Part shown: positions 36,746 to 47,190 of the stretch, piece by piece
Numbering within the stretch: the first letter of the stretch is position 1
Layout: each line of letters begins with the position of its first letter
Source of the DNA: Gekko japonicus
Lineage: Eukaryota
NCBI RefSeq assembly: GCF_001447785.1
Contig: NW_015164186.1
Coordinates: forward strand, 779,781 to 843,780
Direction of reading: 5' to 3'
DNA: 64,000 bases
Translations under genes and position numbers: made by a program
The notes under the pieces: generated by a model
The model's database searches: none
Seen by the model: the letters and a program-made list of their open reading frames with translations, nothing else
What the model was told of the DNA's origin: nothing

Positions 36746-37500
36746 TGTGGTGTATTAAAAATGACTTACATGAATCGCCACATACATTAACGTTCCATGT
36801 TAAGCTTTGAGCCAGACGAAGGCTCCTCCGAACTAACGCACTATTGGTGGCTCCACAACAGCGACCAATCAGAACTGCACCAATTCCCTGAGAGGGAAGA
36901 ACCCTCATTGGATGTTATCCGAGCAACCTCATTGGTTACTTTGTGTAAATAAGCGTGGCTACATTAGCCTGGGAATGTTTAAAAGGAGCCTAGCTCCCAA
37001 TGTTAATCTGTTCTGGTTATGACTTCTTTCAAGTGCTTGTTCGTACCTACAACAAAGTGATCAGCTGTATGTAGCCTAGACCACGGCTTGTCCGTAGATT
37101 CCCTCTTTTGAGGGGAAGCCTGAGGAGGCTCGAGTCTGGCCTGTTGGCACGGCATGCACACCCGCACCCATTCCTCATTCATTCATTCGAACCAGTCTAA
37201 CCCCAGTAGGTTGACCCGGTCCCCTTCAGCAACCAGCAATTATAAGGTAACACATTTCCCCTTGAACTCAACATCAACAGTATCCCTTCCCACCAAAGGA
37301 ATTTTCTTTCCTTGAAAATCGGACACCGTTGCGTCCGCAGGCTTGAGCCGCCACCAACTCCGGGTAGGGAACAGCCGCTGCCACGTCACCGAAGAGATCA
37401 CGGTGATGAACGATCCCGAGTCGACCTCCATGTTGCAGGGCACACCAGCGATGAGAGGGGTGGTGGAGATCTTTTCCTGACAGCTGGTGCAAAAAACGGT
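36746..37500 (-). mobile_element. Ty3/Gypsy remnant: aspartic protease fragment (about 37180-37500) plus LTR-like segment (36746-37054)
   Basis: IAGVPCNMEVDSGSFITVIS..IPLVG..VDVEFKG..*LLVAEGDRVNLLGLDWF has the DSG catalytic motif and LLGxDW; the adjacent segment has TGT..ACA ends. Confidence 0.75.
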
Positions 37501-37712
37501 AGATGCATTTTTCATTTTGTTCCATGCGGCTGCCTTGGTTGCATTCTTTGGGGCCTTGAGAATAAGTGAGTTGGTGGCCCGATCCCGGCAGGACAGGTCT
37601 GGTTCTGTGGTCTTATATGGGTGTACCTATGAGTGTATCTGTATGTAGGATTGCAGTGTTAAGAGCAGGTCAAATTGAAGAAGAAGATGAAAAGTTTTAT
37701 CAACTCTTCTCT

Positions 37713-37855
37713 GACCTGGATAGCCTAGGCTAGCCTGATCTCATCACATCTCAGAAGCTAAGCATGGCTCGTCCTGGTCTGGTTAGTAGCTAAATGGGAG
37801 ACCACCAAGGAAGTCCAGGGTTGCTACGCAGAGGCAAGCAATAGCAAACCACCAA
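37713..37855 (+). mobile_element. 5S rRNA-derived SINE / pseudogene
   Basis: GCCTGATCTCATCACATCTCAGAAGCTAAGCA..GGTTAGTA..ATGGGAGACCACCAAGGAA is a degenerate 5S internal control region followed by a non-5S tail. A weaker copy lies on - at about 31795-31850. Confidence 0.7.
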
Positions 37856-38279
37856 CTAATTATTTTATTTTTCTCTATTGAGAACACTCATAGCTAACCT
37901 AACAACATAACTAAACTAGTAAATCAATTTAGAAAAGAACAATATTTCTCCAGCAGCCTCATATGCCATGAACATGAACCACCACAATTATTTCAGAACC
38001 ACCCATTTTTACAACTATAATCCTGTCCCAGTTTTTGAGAATAGCGATTCTTCTTTCTATGGGATAGATCTATTATTACAGATTCAACAGATTATAGCAG
38101 ATCAAATAGAACTGCTGTGAACAAAAAGGGGGGGGGGGGGGGACCCTGAACACGTCACTGGAACAGACATAGGAACATCTCTTTACTCAAAACTGCGTTT
38201 TTAGAAATCGAGTGTCATAATCAGAAAATCCCCCTACAGGGCGATTGGTAATCCCTGTGAGAAAAATCGAACCCCTGAT

Positions 38280-38900
38280 TCAGTAAACCCGGGGACTCCT
38301 GAAAACTAGACACACAGCAATGACAAGCAAAGACAGGCGGAACTCCGGCAGGTGAAGCTTATCCTTAAAGCCACAAAGAAAGGGCGAGAGGCTGAAGCTC
38401 CTAGGCCAGCGGGCAGCTGTTTGCAGCGCTTTGTAAGCACCTCCCTCCAAAGGTTTGTCTGTGTCTTTAAGAGGACCCGGAAGCAGAGAGGGCGGCTCAG
38501 ACGTAGGACTGTGCATCGTGCAAGTCAAGGGACCTTCCTGTTATCAGCAGTGGTAACAAACCGCGTCAGGGTAGTCTGGTGGTGGGTCTGAAAAGAGGTG
38601 TTTGTACGTCGCTATGGAACCTGCAGGATGCCGTCCTGGCGCTGCCGTCGTTTGCTAACCTGGGTCTTTGGGTCGAGCTGTAGGGCTGATTTTCGCGTGG
38701 GAAAGATCTGATCCATCGAGGCGGCGGCGGCGGTAGCGGCTCCCATGGCAGAGGCAGCCGCAGCTGGAGAAGCATGGGAGAGGTACAGACGTGTTTGTTT
38801 GAATATCAAGTGTAAGATCAGTAAAACGGAATTTTGGCTAGAGGGGCAAAGACGTGCGTGTGCCTTGGGAAGCGATGCCTGTCAGAAACTTCTTTCAACT
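38280..38900 (+). promoter_or_regulatory. CpG island promoter / 5' UTR of the MARCHF5-like gene
   Basis: CpG-rich; ETS-like CCGGAAG at 38477; E2F-like TTTCGCGTGGGAAA at about 38691-38704; short (GGC)n run before the ATG. Confidence 0.7.
38745..38782 (+). CDS. MARCHF5L: MARCHF5-like exon 1 (coding part)
   Basis: cccATGG Kozak in a CpG island; MAEAAAAGEAWE(R)|gtacag; phase 2 matches exon 2. Confidence 0.8.
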
Positions 38901-41900
38901 CTCATAGAAACGGATACCTGACTCCATTGCATTTTTGTCTTGATCGTCTGTGTTAAAGAGGCCTGGCGTTCTTTGAGGGGTGTGCAAGGGTTCTCTCACT
39001 TAAGGACGACGAGTCAAACTTTCAGGAAATCCATATTCATCTCTCTCAGGTGGCTTCAGACAAGCTGGGATGTCTCTGTGTTACCCCACAACCACACAGA
39101 CCCTGTCTGCAACATGGGGGAAAATACTGACCTACTACCTTACAGGATTGTTGAAAGGATTATGAGAGGGGGGAAGGTCATGTTTGGGCACTTGGAAAAT
39201 TTTGCGTGGTGTAACCTGAGCGTGCTGGGTGTGCCCGTGTTACACCTGTGCCCTGGGCATATTTCTGTGTTCTAGGGCATGTTCTGGAACTCAGGCTGCA
39301 ATAGCCAGGGTTCCAGAATGATTAATTAAAATGCTTTTATGAAATACCTTTTGTGTGATTGAAGTACTTTAGGGGTATTATCTCCTTAATCTTTGTAGTA
39401 ACCCTGCTAGGTAGGGCAGTATGATTATCCTCATATTGCAGATAGGTGTTTGGGGCAGGAGGTAGTTAAAAGAGTAACTTGCCTGATACTACCTAGTGAG
39501 TTTATGTCCAAGGTGAGATTTAAACTGAGCATCTCCACCCTACTGTACTTGCTCACCAGGATTGGTAGGACTGATGCTTTACATGGTCCAGAGAAATTCA
39601 TTGGGTCCAGCAGAATTATGATGTAGTGAGATTTAAAAAACAAGAGTAGTAAATATAGGCTGTATACTGCTGAGTGAGATACAAAACCTCAAGGGACAGC
39701 GGCATGTATTTTAGTTCTGGCTGCCTGTTGGCATCTGAATACACTGGTCTTTGGTATAATGGGGGGGGGTTCCCCCTCTGGCCAAAAATATATATATTTC
39801 TCCCTGCTCACTTGTATAAACTTGCTATAGTTAATCAATGGGCTTCAGATGTAAAGACAAATAGGAAGTCATCAGTGGAACTCACTGTCACTTGATGTAA
39901 TAATGACTAAACATGGGAGTAGATTCAGAAAAATCAAATCTTCAGAAATGCTTAGGGTGTCTCTAAATGCTGTATTGCCCTGATAGGTGCCTGGATGACG
40001 GGATAGGTACTGGTACTATTCTTGAATATTGCATACCGAGTCTAGCCTGAAGCATCCAGAGTTGTCATTTGTGGCAGAGGAACAACTGGGCTAGAACTTA
40101 GCTTCAGGATCAGTAATCTGCCGGGGGAAGGGGGAGATGGTCTCCAGCCTAATTTGGGGATAGAGGAGAGAGGTGAAGTGAGAGAGGAGGAGGACCCTAA
40201 CTCCATTCTCACAATGGTTCTACTAGAAAATCTGGTTGTTTTCCAGGGAAGCCATTTTTGAAATGCAGGAGGATCCCAAGGCAAAGAAAGACATAGTTGT
40301 TACAGAAGACACAAGTCCTTTTCTGAACTGGGTGGTTTAACAAAATGTTGGTGGCCAGTTTAGGCTGAAAAACATGTTCATGCATATTTGCTGCTCCCAC
40401 ATTATGCTACATATGTGATTAGGCCATTGGATGTGGGAGTCTTTTTGGAAGCAGCAGCTGCAATGCCAACTCTTTCTTCAGACACAGAGGTTCTGTCAGT
40501 AGGGAAAGCCTGCATTTCCCTTTCAGTTGTTGCAGTGGAAGTGGCTGTGTAGCAGGGGGATGTTCCCAACTTTTAAAAGTCACTTATTTACACCCAAACA
40601 AATATCATTCATTTATGGCACTCTGTTCTATGCCTTTTGGGAACCATACATGGGGTTCCTATCTGGGTGCTTTCTGGGCTGAGAGCTGCATGCTGAGCTT
40701 TACCTTTGTAAAAAGCACCCGGGGAAGTTCCAAGCCTGTTGCAAGCATCTTCTTGCCTCCCTGAGTTCCTCCTTTGGTATCATGAGATACTCTGCTGCCT
40801 ACCTCTTCCAGTGACCTGCCTGTCTCCATGCTTCAGACAAAAATGAGTCTCCGTGGCCCATCTCATCTTTTTATTCATTTTGTCATTATTTAGCAACACA
40901 GAAGGAAGTCTTAAACTTTTTTCCTCCTTTGCTTGGGAAGGCTTCTCAGTGATCATTCTCTCTCTGATCTCCCTTTCCCAGGCACTGCTGGGTCTGTTTT
41001 GCTACCGAGGGTGATGACCGGTCAGCTGAGTGGGTCTGCCCCTGCCGTTGCAAAGGCTCCACCAAATGGATCCACCAGGCCTGCCTCCAGCGCTGGCTGG
41101 ATGAGAAGCAGAAAGGCAACAGCACAGGCAGAGTGAGCTGCCCGCAGTGTGGCACAGAATACCACATTGTCTTCCCCAAACTGGGTGAGTGTGAAACTGA
41201 CTTGGGATATCCAACTTGAGTGAGTGAACATTTCTCTGATTGCTGGGTAGTCTTACATTTCCTTGCAGGTTGTGCACACAGACTCCCCTGATTGCTGATA
41301 GCGCAACCGGAGCAACAGATTTGCTGGTCAAAGGCAAGCGGGTTCTTCTAAGGTGCAAAGGGTTCAGATACCCATCGATCCCCATTGTAGAAGTTCTCTT
41401 CAGAATAGTTTACCTTGCAGGCTATGGCTTTTCCTGGTTTCCTCCTCTCTTCCAGAATGGGCACACAAACCTTTCCTAAAATGTCAGCTGTGCCTAATGC
41501 TGGAATGCAGCCCCCTGACTAGTGTAGCGTTCCATCTTCTGAATTGCAGGGTCACCATTTAAAAAACCCTAACTACCTGTGGGCCACACAGCAGTCTTAA
41601 GCAATGGGTGGTGTGATTCAGCAATAATAACTGCCTGGCAGGATCAGACCAAAAATCCATCTTGTTCAGCACCATTAAGAATGGCCAACCAGAGAGGTTC
41701 GAGGGAAACTCATAAACCAGATAGGATAGTGATGCTTGTTCCCAGAACCTGGTAATCGGAGGTATGAATTTATGTCTGGATCTGAATTGACTTCTCTGAC
41801 TGGCAGCACTCCATCTTCTCAACACCTGTTACCTGAAATCCTTTAACTACATGCCAGGCAAGTGCTCTGCTACTAGCCCCAAGCCCCTCCAAAGTGGTAT

Positions 41901-44900
41901 GCAGCCTCTGCATTTGGAAATTTCATATTGCCTCCACATATTTTATTCTTTAAGACCACAGGTCAATGCAGTATATTTAAAATAAAATGTATAGAAACCA
42001 AGAACAGCAAACAAGAAGACGGATAATCAGAATTTGAATGAACAGTGGATGGTCCCCTACTTGAACAGACACAGGACTTCAGATATTGAGTGATCTGTTT
42101 TAATGACTGTGGTTTTTGGGGTAGAGCATGAATCAGTAATTGGATGAACAGCTTGTAAATCAGTTCAGGTAAATTAAAATTTCTTACAAACTGAAGGGGC
42201 AATTTGTTCATTCCAACAATTTTTTTTTTAAGGGTTAAGTCATGCCCCAAATGTTATATTGTACTGAAATGTGGAGTATTGAAGATTCAAAAGCTTTTGA
42301 AGTCATGCTTCATTTTGGGTGACATTCCTAAGAAAAGCTGCTCCTCTTGGCTTAGAAAACATGCCATCCATGGGCTACATAGTCATTGGGTTTGATCATG
42401 CCAAACTGTTTCTTTTTCTCTTGTTAGTAAAAGAGGTGATGAGCTCCCTGAACCATAGACAGAGGTTTTGTGCTGGGGAGGTGTGAGTGTAGATTGCTCT
42501 GTGTGTATTGCGAGTCAGTGGGGATCAGCAAAAAAACCCCCTAACTATAGCTAGTCTAATCCACTGAAAATTATGTTTTTCAAAAAATTTCTTAAATGTT
42601 ATTGTGATTCATTTAGGAAGCCTAAAAAAATAAGAGCTACATTTTTCTCAGTCTTTCTAGTTTCCTTCTGTTCTTTAGCTGGAATACTGGAATTTGAAGT
42701 TAGGACAAGGTTTTCTTCTTATTGGGCAATGGATATAAAGCATGGAGGGAGAGGCAGTTTTTATCTGGCCTGCAAGTCTACTCTGCAGTTTGTGGGGAGC
42801 ACTGGCCTGCTGGACCATAATATCATCTAGTGGGCTGATTGTCCTGAAAAATTGTTAAACAGTTCAAGTGCTATATTCTATTAAGAGCAGCAAAGCAGGA
42901 GGGGGACCATGTCTGGATATTTGCCCACTGCTGAGGGCTCTGAAATGGACAGTGGTAGTTCCTGTTTCTGGCTCTGGAACAGGAACAGCTGGTGCCCACT
43001 CAGAGCCCCAAGAGTGGGCAAAGAGCCAGATGTGACTCTGAGGCCAAAAAAAGTCTGTCCCCCCGTTATTGGGGTGAGACTGTGGCTCTGTGACAGTTCC
43101 AATCAGGCTCAGTCCATGGCATCCAGTCAAAAGGGTCAGGTAGAAGGTGATTTGAAAAACCTCAATTTAACAGCTTGGAAAGCTGCTGTTAGTCCATGTA
43201 AATAGTACTGATCTTGAATTGACTTGGTATAAATCCCCTTCGTGTGTTCAGATATTTTTAATGAAAGCTCAGATATGAGGGAGCCCTAATTCTGAAGGTA
43301 GTCAGGAAAGCATGAAGCTGTAGAAATGCCTGCGATGACTAAAAGCTTTCACTGACGTTTGTAATCTCCCCCTCCTTAGGACCCTTGGTATATTTCTTGC
43401 AGCAAGTGGACCGGGTTTTATCCAAAGTGAGCCCCTTTGCTGCTGCTGGCATTGTCGTGGGGACATTATACTGGTCAGCAGTTACCTATGGGGCAGTTAC
43501 TGTGATGCAGGTAATGTGAGGGTTTGTGGAAAGTGTGTTTGTGTGTATGTGTGTGCTTGTGTGTAAAGGAATACCACACCAGAAACCTTACGAAGAAGGC
43601 TTAGAGGGGTTGCCAGCTTTAATCAGTAGGTTAATTCAAGAAAGGTTAATCACTATTATCAAGAGATATCTTTTCCCAATTGCATAGGGTTATTTCCAAA
43701 AGCAAGACCATTTGATAGTGGTGCGTTTTTAGGCTGATAGTAACTTTGCTGAGTCTGGTGGCTCTTTGCATCACCAGAGCAAGTTGAGAGTGTTTATTAG
43801 ATCTGTAGAACAAAGTTTGAGTCCAGTGGCACCATTAAGACCAACAACTGTGTAAACTTTCATGTGCAAGCACAGTATCCGAGGAAGCGTACTTGCACAT
43901 GAAAGCTTGTACCATGAATAAAACTTTGTTGCTTTTAAAGGTGCCATTGATCTCAAATTTTGTTCTGCTGCTTCAGACCAACACAACTACCCCACCTGAA
44001 TCTATTAGATCTGTAGAAGAAGTTGATGAGGTGCTATCTAGCTAGTGGTGGGTTCAAATTGCAGGTCAGCCAAGGACTTACTCTCTTGCCTTTAGTTCTT
44101 CATTTGGAAGAAGGAGAATGATGAGGACTTGGCCTTTAAGCTGCTTGGCTCAGGATCTGCCTTTTTTGTTTGTGTTACTCTGTAAATTACCATGCTTAGT
44201 GACAATGCCACAAAATAATGCACTGGTGGGGGGAGGCTGTAAGAATAAGCAATTCAGGGAGAATTTTGTGTCATGCCCTGGAACTAGACTGTGCTCGAAA
44301 CCCGTACTGTGTGTCTTAAGGTTTGTGTTGTATAAATGAAACGTGGTTCTCCTGATTGATAGAAGTAGAAGTTGCCCACCTATCCTATCTATGTTGCTGA
44401 TTGATCTTCTCTCCTTTTGTAGGTTGTCGGCCATAAGAAGGGGCTGGATGTGATGGAGCGGGCAGACCCTCTCTTCTTGCTCATGGGGCTTCCTACTATC
44501 CCTGTGATGCTGGTCCTGGGCAAGATGATCCGCTGGGAAGACTACGTGCTGCGGGTCTGGCGGAAGTACTCCAGCAAGCTTCAGGCTCTGCAGGCTTTGG
44601 TGCCAGGTGAGTCCATCTACCTGCAAGCTGATTCTGATCTGGGCATCTTGCTTTGAATTGGAAGGAAGGAGAGGTAGATTTAGCCATGATACAGTGGGAG
44701 GACTGCTGGAAATTCTCCAAGCACCGGAAGGATTTGTTCAGCAACCTGTCTGGCTGCTAAGGTGTTACCTGGCATCGCTAACACATCTTGGCAACCGCAA
44801 GGGCTAGGATCTTGCAGGTGCTTTTGTGTTAATGACAGGTGGAATTCATAGGGGGTTGAATTTAGTGGTCATTCATCTTTCTGTGCTTTTATGGAATCAC

Positions 44901-46512
44901 TGCACAGGCCCACCTGTGGCAAACAAGAGGAAAGGAGAAAAAGAGTTAGAGATGGGCTGCAAAGTGTGCTGTCCCTTGTGAGCACAACCACCTCTGCCTG
45001 TTGAAAATCCAAAGAACAAGTGGAGAAAGCTGGAGGGAGTAACAGTCAGATGAACCGGGAACGAGGAGTCCCTCACCTCCTTTCTAGCTCTGTTCTTTGT
45101 CTCTGCTTTACTCTTTCCTTAGTGGGGGAGAGAGGAGCAAGGGGGAACTTAACCCTTAAGGGGAGAGAAGTAGAGATAAAGAACAGGTGGGGGAAGATAG
45201 NNNNNNNNNNNNNNNNNNNNNNNNNNNNNNNNNNNNNNNNNNNNNNNNNNNNNNNNNNNNNNNNNNNNNNNNNNNNNNNNNNNNNNNNNNNNNNNNNNNN
45301 NNNNNNNNNNNNNNNNNNNNNNNNNNNNNNNNNNNNNNNNNNNNNNNNNNNNNNNNNNNNNNNNNNNNNNNNNNNNNNNNNNNNNNNNNNNNNNNNNNNN
45401 NNNNNNNNNNNNNNNNNNNNNNNNNNNNNNNNNNNNNNNNNNNNNNNNNNNNNNNNNNNNNNNNNNNNNNNNNNNNNNNNNNNNNNNNNNNNNNNNNNNN
45501 NNNNNNNNNNNNNNNNNNNNNNNNNNNNNNNNNNNNNNNNNNNNNNNNNNNNNNNTCCTCTGCCTATAAGAGAGGGAATTCAGAATTCTCAAAAGTTGGA
45601 GCAGACTTGTGCCATTGTGGTGAGGCTAACATGTAGCCTGGCTCTTAAGGTGCTCTACATGCCAGGCTGTGTGACAAGCGTGGACGTAATCCAGCATAGA
45701 ATAGCTGAAAGGGCAGGTGTTAGACCACCTTGGGTGTGGGAGGCATAGCACAGGCATCCTGTTACTTCTCAAACACCCTGATTTTTCTTCTCTTTCATCT
45801 TCAGGGGTCAGCCGTCCCCTTGTGCAGGCACCACTGGCCGAGTCCCGCTACCAGAATGACCACCTGTCCATCTCGCGCACACTTTGTGGAGCTCTGGTCT
45901 TCCCTACCATTGCCAATCTAGTTGGCAGGGTCATGTTCCGCAGAGTGAACTCCAGCCTACAACGTACCATTCTGGTGAGGAATGGGATGGGGGAAGGGTG
46001 GAGGTATCATGCTTTGGCAGAATTTCAAAGGAGTCACTAGCAGGCACGGTGCCGCAATATCCCTCACCCATCTGCCTGGCGGGACCCTGGGACAGTGCAC
46101 CTGCCTGGCAGATAGGAACCCCCATGTTCAGCCCTCAGTGTCCCTCTAATGAAAAGGTTGCTGGGGCTGGGAGAGACCCCCTGCCAGATCCCTTGACAGA
46201 CTGCTGCCATTTGGAGTAGACAGTATTTCACAACCTGTATGGTATGCTTATTCAGTGCTTATCTTGTGAGGAGGGGGTGGCGGGAAAGGGGAGATAATCT
46301 GTGGCTGTCAACTTCACTTCCACCCTCTGTTTTTCCGGCAGGGAGGCATTGCCTTTGTCGCCATCAAGGGAGCCCTCAAAGTCTACTTCCGCCAGCAACA
46401 GTACTTGATCCAAGCCAACCGGCGCATCCTCAACTATGTGGAGAAGGGAGATGCGGAGAAGGGATTGGCTCAGCTCGACGAGGACAGCGGCAGTGAAGCG
46501 GGGCTCAGCTAG
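38745..46512 (+). CDS. MARCHF5L: E3 ubiquitin-protein ligase MARCHF5-like paralogue (RING-CH plus transmembrane region; 6 exons; 298 aa)
   Basis: Exons 38745-38782, 40982-41184 (203), 43380-43510 (131), 44423-44606 (184), 45805-45974 (170), 46342-46512; total 897 nt, open, all GT-AG. RING-CH CWVC..CRCKGSTKWIHQAC..CPQC; YWSAVTYGAVTVMQ; MERADPLFLLMGLPTIPVMLVLGKMIRWEDY. It differs from the highly conserved MARCHF5 at the N-terminus, linkers and tail, so it is called as a paralogue. Confidence 0.9.
40982..41184 (+). CDS. MARCHF5L: MARCHF5-like exon 2 (RING-CH)
   Basis: HCWVCFATEGDDRSAEWVCPCRCKGSTKWIHQACLQRWLDEKQKGNSTGRVSCPQCGTEYHIVFPKL|gtgagt. Confidence 0.95.
43380..43510 (+). CDS. MARCHF5L: MARCHF5-like exon 3
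   Basis: GPLVYFLQQVDRVLSKVSPFAAAGIVVGTLYWSAVTYGAVTVMQ|gtaatg. Confidence 0.95.
43811..44002. mobile_element. Penelope-type pseudo-LTR mini-element with inverted arms and a hammerhead-like core
   Basis: Arms are reverse complements of each other; 16-bp flanking duplication TATTAGATCTGTAGAA at 43795-43810 and 44003-44018. Relatives at 340-426, 3097-3176, 31424-31573, 36300-36490 and 62833-62871. Confidence 0.65.
44423..44606 (+). CDS. MARCHF5L: MARCHF5-like exon 4
   Basis: VVGHKKGLDVMERADPLFLLMGLPTIPVMLVLGKMIRWEDYVLRVWRKYSSKLQALQALVP|gtgagt. Confidence 0.95.
45201..45555. other. Assembly gap (355 N) in MARCHF5-like intron 4
   Basis: Run of N. Confidence 0.99.
45805..45974 (+). CDS. MARCHF5L: MARCHF5-like exon 5
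   Basis: GVSRPLVQAPLAESRYQNDHLSISRTLCGALVFPTIANLVGRVMFRRVNSSLQRTIL|gtgagg. Confidence 0.94.
46342..46512 (+). CDS. MARCHF5L: MARCHF5-like exon 6 (coding part)
   Basis: GGIAFVAIKGALKVYFRQQQYLIQANRRILNYVEKGDAEKGLAQLDEDSGSEAGLS*. Confidence 0.94.
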   Translation, partial: GGIAFVAIKGALKVYFRQQQYLIQANRRILNYVEKGDAEKGLAQLDEDSGSEAGLS

Positions 46513-46805
46513 GGTGGGAACCAGGCTGTCATAGGCCTGTTGCCTTTGGCCCAGCTCCACTCCCAAAGTGAAGCACCGACACACCGTGTGGGTTTGGCCA
46601 ACTGTGTACAGCGGGGGAGGGTGGTTTTAGGCTGGACTGGAAGAAGGGCTTTGCCAAGGTCTCCTCTGAGAGCAACTCTGATCTTTTTAGGCTGGTGGCT
46701 TATATGGAGTTGGGCAGAATGACCCTGTTCTCTTTAGTTTCCCCTCCACATTCGCTGTTAACCTTGTGTGGATTTGTCCCCGGACTTTCCATAAGTTATG
46801 GTTTA

Positions 46806-46811
46806 AATAAA
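46806..46811 (+). terminator. MARCHF5-like polyadenylation signal
   Basis: AATAAA about 295 nt after the stop codon, with GT/T-rich sequence downstream. Confidence 0.75.
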
Positions 46812-46980
46812 ACATGACTTAAGTTGTAAGCATTGTGTTCACAACTTGGAATTAATAGTACTGCTGTACTGTCTTCCTTCCTTGATCTGTACCACCAAGA
46901 GCTCAGGGAATCTACACTGAGGTTGTTTCATTTAAGGAGATAAGTTAGGCTGGGGAGAAAAATAGCTTGGGTAATGACTG

Positions 46981-47190
46981 CAGTGTTCCCTCTAAGCGGA
47001 ATTAGTGTGAGCTAGCTCACAGTTTTTTAGCCTCCGGCTCACACATTTTTGTCTTCGCTCAGGGAGGATGGCTCCAGAGCAAACTAATTTATGCAGTAGC
47101 CAACTTTAATGCCAGTAGCTCACAGCTTTAATGCCAGTAGCTCACAAAGTAGAATTTTTGCACACAAGACTCCACAACTTAGAGGGAGCA
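46981..47190. mobile_element. hAT MITE (CAGTGTTCCCTCTAAG family), inverted copy with an internal ~22-bp tandem duplication
   Basis: TIRs CAGTGTTCCCTCTAAG/CTTAGAGGGAGCATTG; CTTTAATGCCAGTAGCTCACA occurs twice. Confidence 0.82.

Noticed and set aside
37713-37855. Functional 5S rRNA gene
   Set aside because: Many substitutions and a non-5S tail; it is a SINE or pseudogene.
45020-45748. Long ORFs of 147-242 aa in the ORF track
   Set aside because: Artefacts of translating through the N gap.
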